This document shows, piece after piece, positions 10,227 through 16,877 of a DNA stretch of 49,609 nucleotides. Made by a program: the position numbers and the translations under genes. The notes beneath the pieces are model-generated. The model saw only the letters and a list, made by a program, of their open reading frames with translations. It was not told the origin of the DNA and searched no databases. Source of the stretch: an archaeon (GTDB taxonomy: Archaea > Nanobdellota > Nanobdellia > Pacearchaeales > GW2011-AR1); NCBI GenBank assembly GCA_018651925.1, contig JABIDC010000002.1, positions 1 through 49,609 of the forward strand. Direction: 5' to 3'. The stretch's first letter is position 1; each line of letters opens with the position of its first letter.

Positions 10227-11192
10227 TCATTTACCTAAGCCAGCCAATACAAAGCTTGCAATCAATGCTTGAAGTTGAATAAATGGGTCTGATCCTTCAA
10301 CAATTCTAAATTCAGTTTCTCCAGTTTTTTCAGTAAGTTTAACTTTGATTTCTGGTTCAACTGGTAAGTTCCAGATTTCTTTTTGAATTGCTTTAATTAC
10401 TTCTTGTCCAGAAATACTTTCTTTTAACATGATGTCTAAAAGTTTTTCTTTTGATTTTTTGAAATCTCCTGAAATTGCATAATCTAAAACTATCTTGATA
10501 TCTTTTGGTTTAGCATTTGCAAGAATTGTTGAAACTAAATCCGTAGTTATTGTAGGGGAAATTGATGCGGTTGTTTGTAATAAATTTATACATCTTCTAC
10601 AATCTCCTTCGCTTCCCTCGTAAATAGTTTCTCTTGCTTCTGGATTTATTGTTAAGTTTTCATCGTTTGCAATCCATTCCATGACTTTGTCAATATCCTT
10701 TTTTTCTAAAAGTTTAAATCTAAACATTGCACAACGAGATTGAATCGGATCAATTATTTTACTTGAATAATTGCAAGACATTATGAATCTACAGGTTGAA
10801 GAGTAGTTCTCCATTGTTCTTCTAAGTGCTTGTTGAGCTTCTGGAGTTAATGCATCTGCTTCATCCAAGAAAATAACTTTAAATGGAACATCTCCAAGGG
10901 CCTTTGTTCTTGCGAAATCTTTTACTTTTTCTCGGACAATATTGATTCCCCTTTCATCTGAAGCATTTAATTCTAAGTAATTTGTTTTCCAAGTGTCTTT
11001 GAATAACTCTTTTACGATGATTAGAGCTAATGTTGATTTTCCTGTTCCTGCTGGGCCTGCAAAGAGCAAATGAGGGATGTTTAATGTGTTTGTTAGAGCT
11101 TCAATTCTTTTTATGATATCATCTTGTCCAACAACTTGGGAGAATTTTTTTGGCCGATATTTTTCTGTCCAGATTTCACTTGTCATAATCAT
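10227..11192 (-). CDS. rfcS: Replication factor C small subunit
   Basis: WTEKYRP, PHLLFAGPAGTGKS, ELNASDERGI, LDEADAL, AQQALRRTME, SRC motif. No intein. Confidence 0.96.
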   Translation of the reverse strand: MIMTSEIWTEKYRPKKFSQVVGQDDIIKRIEALTNTLNIPHLLFAGPAGTGKSTLALIIVKELFKDTWKTNYLELNASDERGINIVREKVKDFARTKALGDVPFKVIFLDEADALTPEAQQALRRTMENYSSTCRFIMSCNYSSKIIDPIQSRCAMFRFKLLEKKDIDKVMEWIANDENLTINPEARETIYEGSEGDCRRCINLLQTTASISPTITTDLVSTILANAKPKDIKIVLDYAISGDFKKSKEKLLDIMLKESISGQEVIKAIQKEIWNLPVEPEIKVKLTEKTGETEFRIVEGSDPFIQLQALIASFVLAGLGK

Positions 11193-11264
11193 TTTATTTA
11201 AATTTCATTAATAAAGATTGTTGTTTTTAGGGGACAATATTAATTATTTTAGAATTCTTAGCTA

Positions 11265-11381
11265 CTATTTACTTCTAGCTCTTTTTAGCTTACGCTTGTG
11301 CTTTTCTTTCTTAAGTTTCTTTCTTTGCCATTTCCAACGCATTTGGCCTTTCTTTTTCCACCGTCTAGATGATCTTTTCAT
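11265..11381 (-). CDS. rpl41e: Ribosomal protein L41e (eL41/eS32), 38 aa, missed by the ORF track
   Basis: Translated by hand: MKRSSRRWKKKGQMRWKWQRKKLKKEKHKRKLKRARSK*. Matches the Thermococcales-type L41e pattern MKR..R.WKKKG.MRWKW. TTTAAAAA lies about 21 nt upstream on the minus strand. Confidence 0.88.
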   Translation of the reverse strand: MKRSSRRWKKKGQMRWKWQRKKLKKEKHKRKLKRARSK

Positions 11382-11450
11382 AGGGTTTCAAATTAGATTT
11401 AGTTTTTAAAGATTTTGGTGTGTTTTTTTGGGATTAAAGAGGACTTTTTC

Positions 11451-11471
11451 AATTTGATCTTTTATCAAATT
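11451..11471. terminator. Perfect 8-bp hairpin between the acetate-CoA ligase alpha gene and rpl41e (possible terminator or processing site)
   Basis: AATTTGAT-CTTTT-ATCAAATT inverted repeat. Confidence 0.3.
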
Positions 11472-11492
11472 ATGGGGGAAACTGGTTTTAAA

Positions 11493-12698
11493 TTAAATTT
11501 TAGTAATTGTTTTTATTTTATTTTTATTTAGAACTTTTACGGCTTGTTTTATGGATTTTTTTCCAAGAAAAAATGCAATTATATTTTTTTTAAGCTTTGA
11601 TTGGGAGATGATTTCTGCGGTCTTTTTTGGATTGGACATTGTTTGAGGAGTTAAAATGATTCCAATATTTCCTTGGTAATTTTTCTTTTCTAATTTTGAT
11701 AATTCTCTTTTGTAATCTGTTTCTTTTGCGGTCCCTAAAATATCTTTTGGGCCAATTATCTTTTGTTCTTGTTGGATTAATGTGTCTGTTAGAAGTGCTC
11801 CTGCTCCGCCAGCATTTGTTATAATTGTAGTTTCTTTGTGATTGAGGGAAATTTTTTGGGATTTTAAATTAAATGCTTCTTGAAGGGATTTTACTTGCTT
11901 TATTTTTGCTTGTTTGAATGCTCCTTTGTAAATTTTGTAATCTGTTGCAATGCTTGCAGTATGACTTATTGTTGCTTGTTTTCCTTGTTCGGATTTTCCT
12001 GCTTTGATAACAATGATTTCTTTTTTACTTTTTTTACAAATTTTAATAAATCTTTTTCCTTCTTTTAATTTTTCAATGTAAAGAATTATTTTTTTTGTAC
12101 TTTTGTCTTTGTTAAAATATTCAATCCAATCTGAAAAATCTAAATCAGACATGTTTCCCAAGCTTATGAATCCAGAGAATTTTTTATTTAAATCTGAAAT
12201 ATAGCTCCATAATGCTCCGCTTTGACTAATGAAAGCAATGTTCCCTTTTTTTGGAGTTGTTTTTGCAAAAGTTAAATCTAAATTTAATTTTGGATTGAAA
12301 ATCCCAAAGCAATTTGGTCCTAAGAGATTTATTTTATATTTATCTATCTTCTTTGTTAATTCTTCTTGGAGTTTGAAATTTTTTTCTTCTGCAAAACCTG
12401 CAGAGATTATAATTATATTTTTTATTTTCTTTTTGTGGCAATCATCAATGGTTTTTAGAATAAATTTTGCAGGAATTGCAATCACAACTAAATCTATTTT
12501 TTCAGAAGTTTGTGATATTGAAGAATAACTTTGAATGTTTTGTAAAATTTTGTGTTTCGGGTTTATTGGAATTATTTTTGCCCGGGATTTTTTTGCTTTT
12601 TCTAATAAAATTCCTCCTACTTTGGTTTTATCTTCTGATGCTCCAATTATCGCAATTGTTTCTGGATTAAAGAAATCTTTTAATTTGCCCTCTTTCAT
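11493..12698 (-). CDS. acdA: Acetate-CoA ligase (ADP-forming), alpha subunit (shortened)
   Basis: FFNPETIAIIGAS CoA-binding domain, IIISAGFAE, LGPNCFG, AFISQSGA, phospho-His motif SHTASIA, ITNAGGAG. Confidence 0.85.
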   Translation of the reverse strand: MKEGKLKDFFNPETIAIIGASEDKTKVGGILLEKAKKSRAKIIPINPKHKILQNIQSYSSISQTSEKIDLVVIAIPAKFILKTIDDCHKKKIKNIIIISAGFAEEKNFKLQEELTKKIDKYKINLLGPNCFGIFNPKLNLDLTFAKTTPKKGNIAFISQSGALWSYISDLNKKFSGFISLGNMSDLDFSDWIEYFNKDKSTKKIILYIEKLKEGKRFIKICKKSKKEIIVIKAGKSEQGKQATISHTASIATDYKIYKGAFKQAKIKQVKSLQEAFNLKSQKISLNHKETTIITNAGGAGALLTDTLIQQEQKIIGPKDILGTAKETDYKRELSKLEKKNYQGNIGIILTPQTMSNPKKTAEIISQSKLKKNIIAFFLGKKSIKQAVKVLNKNKIKTITKI

Positions 12699-12744
12699 TA
12701 TTGAAATTAGAAAACTATATATAAATAGATTTTGTTTTATTTTT

Positions 12745-13347
12745 ATGAAGGTGTTTACAGAAAAAGAGGCTGGAAGTTTTCTTTCAAAACAAGGTTTTAA
12801 TCTTCTTCCGGGATTTTATTTAAAAAAAGAAAGTGATTTAGAAAAAGTTAATTTTGATTTTCCTTATGTTGCAAAGATTTCTGGGAAAAAAATTATTCAT
12901 AAGAAAAAACAAGGAGGAATTATTTTGAATGTTAAAGATGTACAAGATGTTCTTAATTCATTTAATTATTTGAAAAAAATAAAGGGTTTTGAAGAAGTAT
13001 TTTTTCAAAAACAAATTTCTGGAATTGAATTGATTTTAGGGATTAAAAAAACTCCTGAGTTTGGCCATGTTGTTGTTTTTGGAGAGGGGGGAAGTGGTGT
13101 TGAAGAAAAAGAAGATTTTACTTTTAGAGTTTTTCCAGTTTCTTTATCTGATGTAAAAGAAATGATCAATGAAACAAAAATTTCAAAGAAATTGAAATCT
13201 AAAGAAATTCTAATTTTAGAGAAAGAAATTTTTAAGTTAAATAAATTAGTGAAGAAATATCTGGAGATTAAAGAGTTGGATGTTAATCCTTTAATTATTA
13301 GTTCTAATAAACCTTATTTTGTAGATACAAGAATTGTTTTTGATTGA
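12745..13347 (+). CDS. acdB: Acetate-CoA ligase (ADP-forming), beta subunit (ATP-grasp)
   Basis: Start reassigned to ATG 12745 (MKVFTEKEA). FPYVAKI...IIHKKKQGGI, ELILGIKKTPEFGHVVVFGEGG, IKELDVNPL...VDTRI. Confidence 0.85.
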   Translation: MKVFTEKEAGSFLSKQGFNLLPGFYLKKESDLEKVNFDFPYVAKISGKKIIHKKKQGGIILNVKDVQDVLNSFNYLKKIKGFEEVFFQKQISGIELILGIKKTPEFGHVVVFGEGGSGVEEKEDFTFRVFPVSLSDVKEMINETKISKKLKSKEILILEKEIFKLNKLVKKYLEIKELDVNPLIISSNKPYFVDTRIVFD

Positions 13348-13348
13348 A

Positions 13349-13912
13349 TTATTTTAATGACCAAAGCATTTTTGTGTAACCAGTATTATCAATATCTTTT
13401 TTGTTAATTTCTAATTCTTTTAATGCGGTGTTAATTAATTGTTTTGCTTTCTCTACTTCTTTTTCTTGGCATAAATATTCAATCTCTAAAAAATATCCAA
13501 GACTTTTTACCTTATGCAATTCAATTGTTAAATTTTTGTTTTTGCGATATTTGTAACTTTCAGTTATTTTTGTTTTTTCTACCCATTCTTCAAAATTTAA
13601 ATCTTTGAATAGTTCGGATAAATTTTCTATATCTTTTTTTTCTTTTATTGAAAATTCAAATTCTTTTTTTACTACAATTTCTTTATCAGATAGTTCTTTT
13701 ATCTTTTTCTTAAAATTAATTTCAAATTTATTTGGTTTTTCTCTTATTCTGAATGCTTTTTTTGGATATTTCTTTTTTAGGAGTTTATTTTTTATTGCAA
13801 AATATTTGTCGGTTCTTGTTTCTTTTTTGTCTAACTTTGCTATTGATTTAATTTTCTTTCTTAGATTTATTGGGTCTTTAACCCTTGCTTTTGTTTCTAC
13901 TTCTAACCACAT
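13349..13912 (-). CDS. CYTH-domain protein (class IV adenylate cyclase CyaB-like / triphosphate tunnel metalloenzyme)
   Basis: N-terminal ExExK (EVETK), DKYF, FRIR, K-x-T/R segment, LGYFLEIE. Confidence 0.85.
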   Translation of the reverse strand: MWLEVETKARVKDPINLRKKIKSIAKLDKKETRTDKYFAIKNKLLKKKYPKKAFRIREKPNKFEINFKKKIKELSDKEIVVKKEFEFSIKEKKDIENLSELFKDLNFEEWVEKTKITESYKYRKNKNLTIELHKVKSLGYFLEIEYLCQEKEVEKAKQLINTALKELEINKKDIDNTGYTKMLWSLK

Positions 13913-13927
13913 TTTTCTTTAAATGTA

Positions 13928-14116
13928 CGCCCCGACCGTGATTCGAACACGGGTCACTGCCGTTCTCCAAAAGAAGGTTGCATTGAGATGCATAGACTTC
14001 CTCTCTCATCGAGATTTTTTCACCTCTCTTTTGAAATTTCTTTCAAGTCGTTTTGACCTGAAACAACTTTCGTTGTTTTGAGAGGGCAGCATACTTGGCC
14101 TCTGTACTATCGGGGC
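13928..14116 (-). tRNA. tRNA-Glu(CTC) with a 116-nt intron at position 37/38 (intron 13963-14078)
   Basis: Acceptor GCCCCGA/TCGGGGC, D arm GTAC/GTAT, anticodon stem CTGCC/GGCAG with loop CT-CTC-A|C, T arm CCGTG-TTCGAAT-CACGG. BHB core: CTCT pairs with GGAG, bulges CA|A and AA|C. Exons total 73 nt. No encoded CCA. Confidence 0.93.
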
Positions 14117-14219
14117 GTGTTTTGCTCTGAAAGTACAGGGTTTACTCAGATTCAAATTATTGGGTTAATTTGGATCTTGCGAAAATATGAAGGATATTTT
14201 CAGCGTGTACTATCGGGGC
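14103..14219 (-). repeat. 14-bp direct repeat of the tRNA-Glu 5' end (14103-14116 and 14206-14219) flanking an 89-nt hairpin-rich insert
   Basis: tgtactatcggggc occurs twice, 103 nt apart. It equals tRNA nt 1-14, GCCCCGATAGTACA. Confidence 0.92.
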
Positions 14220-14241
14220 ATAATTAATTGAAAGAAAAGTG

Positions 14242-14256
14242 TTTTATAAATTTTTA
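14242..14256 (-). promoter_or_regulatory. TATA box with A-rich BRE-like run for the tRNA-Glu transcription unit
   Basis: Minus strand reads AAAAA-TTTATAAAA, ending about 23 nt before the outer 5'-end copy (14219). Confidence 0.6.
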
Positions 14257-14329
14257 TAGTCCTGCCAGGATTCGAACCTGGGTCGCGAGGCCCAGAACCT
14301 CGCATACTTGACCACTGTACTACAGGACT
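14257..14329 (-). tRNA. tRNA-Gln(CTG)
   Basis: AGTCCTG/CAGGACT acceptor with the archaeal Gln A1-U72 pair, anticodon arm CGAGG-TTCTGGG-CCTCG, T loop TTCGAAT. 73 nt, no CCA. TTTTAAAA lies about 24 nt upstream. Confidence 0.95.
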
Positions 14330-14404
14330 ATGTCCATACTTATGATTCTTTCTTTTTAAAATCTTTTTCGAAAGATTTTTATATGTTTTTAGTTTAGAAT
14401 TGTT

Positions 14405-14746
14405 ATGGTAAACGGGGTGGTTTTTCTTGTAATCTCAGCTTTGGTAATTGTAATTTGGGTTTTAATAGAGTTTAAACGTCTTGAACATAAACTTTTTGCA
14501 TATTTTTTAATAGGAATGATTTTGGTAGTTGCTGCAAGTTTTTCGGTTGTTACAAGTAATTATGATATTGATTATGGGTCTGCTTCTGGGCTAATGACTG
14601 CGGGAAAAGTTTATTTTTCTTGGATTGGTTCAGTATTTGGAAATGCTAAAACAATGACAAGCCACGCTATTAAATTAGATTGGGAAATGAATGAGAGTGT
14701 GGAGCAAGTTGATTTAAAAAAATCTTTAGCTGATTCCTTAGAATGA
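14405..14746 (+). CDS. Small membrane protein, unknown function
   Basis: Two hydrophobic helices. C-terminal ..TSHAIKLDW is shared with the next gene. Confidence 0.65.
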   Translation: MVNGVVFLVISALVIVIWVLIEFKRLEHKLFAYFLIGMILVVAASFSVVTSNYDIDYGSASGLMTAGKVYFSWIGSVFGNAKTMTSHAIKLDWEMNESVEQVDLKKSLADSLE

Positions 14747-14943
14747 AATTTTTTTCGTTCATTTTGATTTTTCTTGTTTTAAATTCGTTATTAATTATTA
14801 GTAATAATAATCTTCATTTAGAAACAGAAGAGGGAATAGATAATTTTTTAGGAGATTATTCTTTTTTTGTAGAGAAAGTTTATTCTAATGTTTTGAGAGT
14901 TACTTCAAATGTGATAAAACTTGATTGGATTGCTACAGACTAA
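14743..14943 (+). CDS. Small membrane protein, paralogue of the preceding gene
   Basis: ATGA overlap with the upstream stop, one TM, C-terminal ..TSNVIKLDW. Confidence 0.6.
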   Translation: MKFFSFILIFLVLNSLLIISNNNLHLETEEGIDNFLGDYSFFVEKVYSNVLRVTSNVIKLDWIATD

Positions 14944-14983
14944 TTGTCGGAATATTTAAATAGGTTATTTTATTGAATGAATC

Positions 14984-15349
14984 ATGGTGAAGAAAAAGAT
15001 GGTGCGCAGTTCTGCGTACTCCAAGTCGCGGAGTTCTGGAGCAAAAAAGAAGATTGTTAAATCAAAGGTTTCAAATTCTAAAGTAAATAAAAAAGTTGTA
15101 AAATCAAATAAAACTCCTAGAAAGGTTCAGATGAGAAGTGTTTTTTCAAAGTATAAATTCCATATTGCAGTTAGAGATTTAATTTTATTCTCAGTTTTAT
15201 TCTTTTTGGTGTTCTTCTTAAGGGTAATTTCAACCAATGTGATTTTAGATAATATCTTCTTCTTATTGATGATTGTTTTCGGATTCTTAGCAATTGCCTT
15301 CTTTATAGTATTTTTAATATTTATTTTTGCTAGAATTTTTAGAAAATAA
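14984..15349 (+). CDS. Membrane protein with a Lys-rich N-terminus and two C-terminal TM helices
   Basis: ORF composition. TTTAAATA lies about 21 nt upstream. Confidence 0.65.
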   Translation: MVKKKMVRSSAYSKSRSSGAKKKIVKSKVSNSKVNKKVVKSNKTPRKVQMRSVFSKYKFHIAVRDLILFSVLFFLVFFLRVISTNVILDNIFFLLMIVFGFLAIAFFIVFLIFIFARIFRK

Positions 15350-15478
15350 ATAGGTCTCAGTTGAGATTTCAATGATTGTTAATTTTCTTGGGTTTATTTG
15401 AATAATCAAGTAATTTTTAATAATTTACAGGCCGACAGATAGAAATATATTTATAAATTAAAATAATAAATTATATAG

Positions 15479-16111
15479 ATGAGAAAGCTTCTAAAAAACC
15501 CCCTAACTCCAATTGCATTATTTGCATTAATAATTTTAGCAATATTATTTTTTCCTGGACAATCTGATATTAAGAATAATTTTTGTGGGATTCATATAGA
15601 TTATCGATATTGTAAGTGTGCATTTCATAATGAATATTGTGAAAGTTTAGGAATGAGTAAAAGTGAAGCAAATTCGTTTGTTCAAGAAGAATATGAAAAA
15701 TGGAAAGATTCGCTAAATCCAACGGAATCGGAAGAAGAAGATGAAAAATATGGTATTATTGAAAAAGATGGAAACCTTTATCTTAATTCAAAGCCAGGAG
15801 AAGTGCTCGAAATAAAAACGAAGGATTTGCCAAATTGGGCTCGTGAAAAAATTGCTACAGTTGGTGCAGAAATAATGGTTGGGGGACCATTAGATCAAAT
15901 TGCAGAAGGAGATTCAAATGTTCTTTTAGATGGACTTCCAATAGCAAGAGTGGGAGACGAAACAGTTCAAGGTGGAGTAATAACTGTTGGTTCAGAAAAT
16001 ATTTTTGTTAATGGAAAACCTGTTGCAATTATTGGGGGGATGACAACAAACTCTCAATTAACAGGAACGGTTCCTCATATTGGTGGTCCAATAATAAATA
16101 ATGTTAATTAG
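15479..16111 (+). CDS. Exported or membrane-anchored PAAR-domain protein with an N-terminal Cys-rich module
   Basis: N-terminal hydrophobic helix. FCGIHIDYRYCKCAFHNEYC. PAAR-type repeats IAEGDSNVLLDGLPIARVGD and ITVGSENIFVNGKPVA, and terminal PHIGGPI. Confidence 0.8.
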   Translation: MRKLLKNPLTPIALFALIILAILFFPGQSDIKNNFCGIHIDYRYCKCAFHNEYCESLGMSKSEANSFVQEEYEKWKDSLNPTESEEEDEKYGIIEKDGNLYLNSKPGEVLEIKTKDLPNWAREKIATVGAEIMVGGPLDQIAEGDSNVLLDGLPIARVGDETVQGGVITVGSENIFVNGKPVAIIGGMTTNSQLTGTVPHIGGPIINNVN

Positions 16112-16137
16112 TTCTTATTAGATTAAGAAAATAAATA

Positions 16138-16210
16138 AGCCACAGCCGAGATTCGAACTCGGGACCTTTACATTACCAATGTAACGCTCTACCAACTGAG
16201 CCACTGCGGC
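16138..16210 (-). tRNA. tRNA-Thr(GGT)
   Basis: GCCGCAG/CTGTGGC acceptor with U73, D arm GCTC/GAGC, anticodon arm TTACA-TTGGTAA-TGTAA, T arm CCGAG-TTCGAAT-CTCGG. 73 nt. Confidence 0.95.
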
Positions 16211-16294
16211 ATTTTTGAATTAGCCACAGCGTTCAGTTTAGCACTGCTCAGTGCACCCTTAATTGCGGAGTTCTGGGGCAAGCCACTGCGGCAT
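16199..16294 (-). repeat. 14-bp direct repeat of the tRNA-Thr 5' end (16199-16212 and 16281-16294) flanking a 68-nt insert that also contains a copy of the 3' acceptor strand (16222-16230)
   Basis: agccactgcggcat occurs twice, 82 nt apart. agccacagc occurs at 16138-16146 and 16222-16230. Confidence 0.92.
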
Positions 16295-16315
16295 AAATAA
16301 TTATCTTAATTTAGA

Positions 16316-16330
16316 TTATAAAAATGTTTT
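16316..16330 (-). promoter_or_regulatory. TATA box for the tRNA-Thr unit
   Basis: Minus strand reads AAAACA-TTTTTATAA, ending 23 nt before the outer 5'-end copy (16292). Confidence 0.6.
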
Positions 16331-16367
16331 TGGGTAGTTTTATAAGTAAATTTTGTTAGTTTTTTTA

Positions 16368-16847
16368 ATGGAAAGTAATTTAGATTGTTTGAAAGAAACT
16401 TATCAAGAGATGGCGAAGGAACATAATTTGCCGGAGTTTGATTTGTTGAATGAAGATTTTGCGATTGAGAAAATTGCTGATGCTGAAACTGATTTTTTAG
16501 TTAGAGAAGTTAGAAAATGTATTAGTGAAAAATTTTCTGTTTATTTAAGGTTGGTTGAAGGCTTTTTGCATCCAGTTAATTCTCCGATGTTTGTTTATAG
16601 TTTGGTTAAAAATTTTTCTGTTAAAGATAAAGAAAATTTGGTTTCAATTTATAAAAAATTAGCTAGAAAAGAAGTAGATTTGATTGAACTTGATTTATTT
16701 TTTGATGAAAAGAAAGAATCAATTTTTATTATAAATTCTTTTAAGTTGTGGGCCGAGATTAAAGAAGATCTTTTGAAGTTAGTTAAGTCAATGAATAAGA
16801 ATTGGGATAGCGAGTTAGAAACTAACGGAAAGAATTATTTTGGATAA
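16368..16847 (+). CDS. Hypothetical helical protein
   Basis: Long ORF with typical codon usage. ATG 16368 lies about 21 nt after TTTTATAA. Confidence 0.7.
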   Translation: MESNLDCLKETYQEMAKEHNLPEFDLLNEDFAIEKIADAETDFLVREVRKCISEKFSVYLRLVEGFLHPVNSPMFVYSLVKNFSVKDKENLVSIYKKLARKEVDLIELDLFFDEKKESIFIINSFKLWAEIKEDLLKLVKSMNKNWDSELETNGKNYFG

Positions 16848-16877
16848 GATTATAAGTAATATTTTCTTTTAGTTTTT

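Noticed and set aside
9017-11192. Inteins in RFC subunits, which are frequent intein hosts
   Set aside because: Both ORFs are normal length with contiguous motifs.
12535-12744. N-terminal extension of acdB from the ORF track
   Set aside because: It overlaps acdA on the opposite strand. Homology and the TATA position favour ATG 12745.
13963-14078. C/D-box guide RNA or hammerhead ribozyme in the intron
   Set aside because: No RUGAUGA or CUGA boxes. CTCGATGAG resembles but does not match the CUGAUGA hammerhead core.
14103-14219. The insert as a non-canonical D-arm BHB intron of tRNA-Glu
   Set aside because: The only self-complementary central helix (GTAC) would put the cut after nt 15, giving C15 instead of the G15 needed to pair with C48. 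No flanking helices form, and the inner copy already completes the tRNA.
14330-16137. Integrated provirus or genomic island between the tRNAs
   Set aside because: No integrase, capsid, terminase or duplicated tRNA 3' end bounding the region.
16199-16294. The insert as a BHB intron of tRNA-Thr
   Set aside because: A BHB built on GGCT would change C13-A14 to U13-G14, and no convincing outer helices are present.
14103-16294. Mini-CRISPR arrays
   Set aside because: Only two 14-bp copies at each locus, both derived from the adjacent tRNA, and no cas genes.
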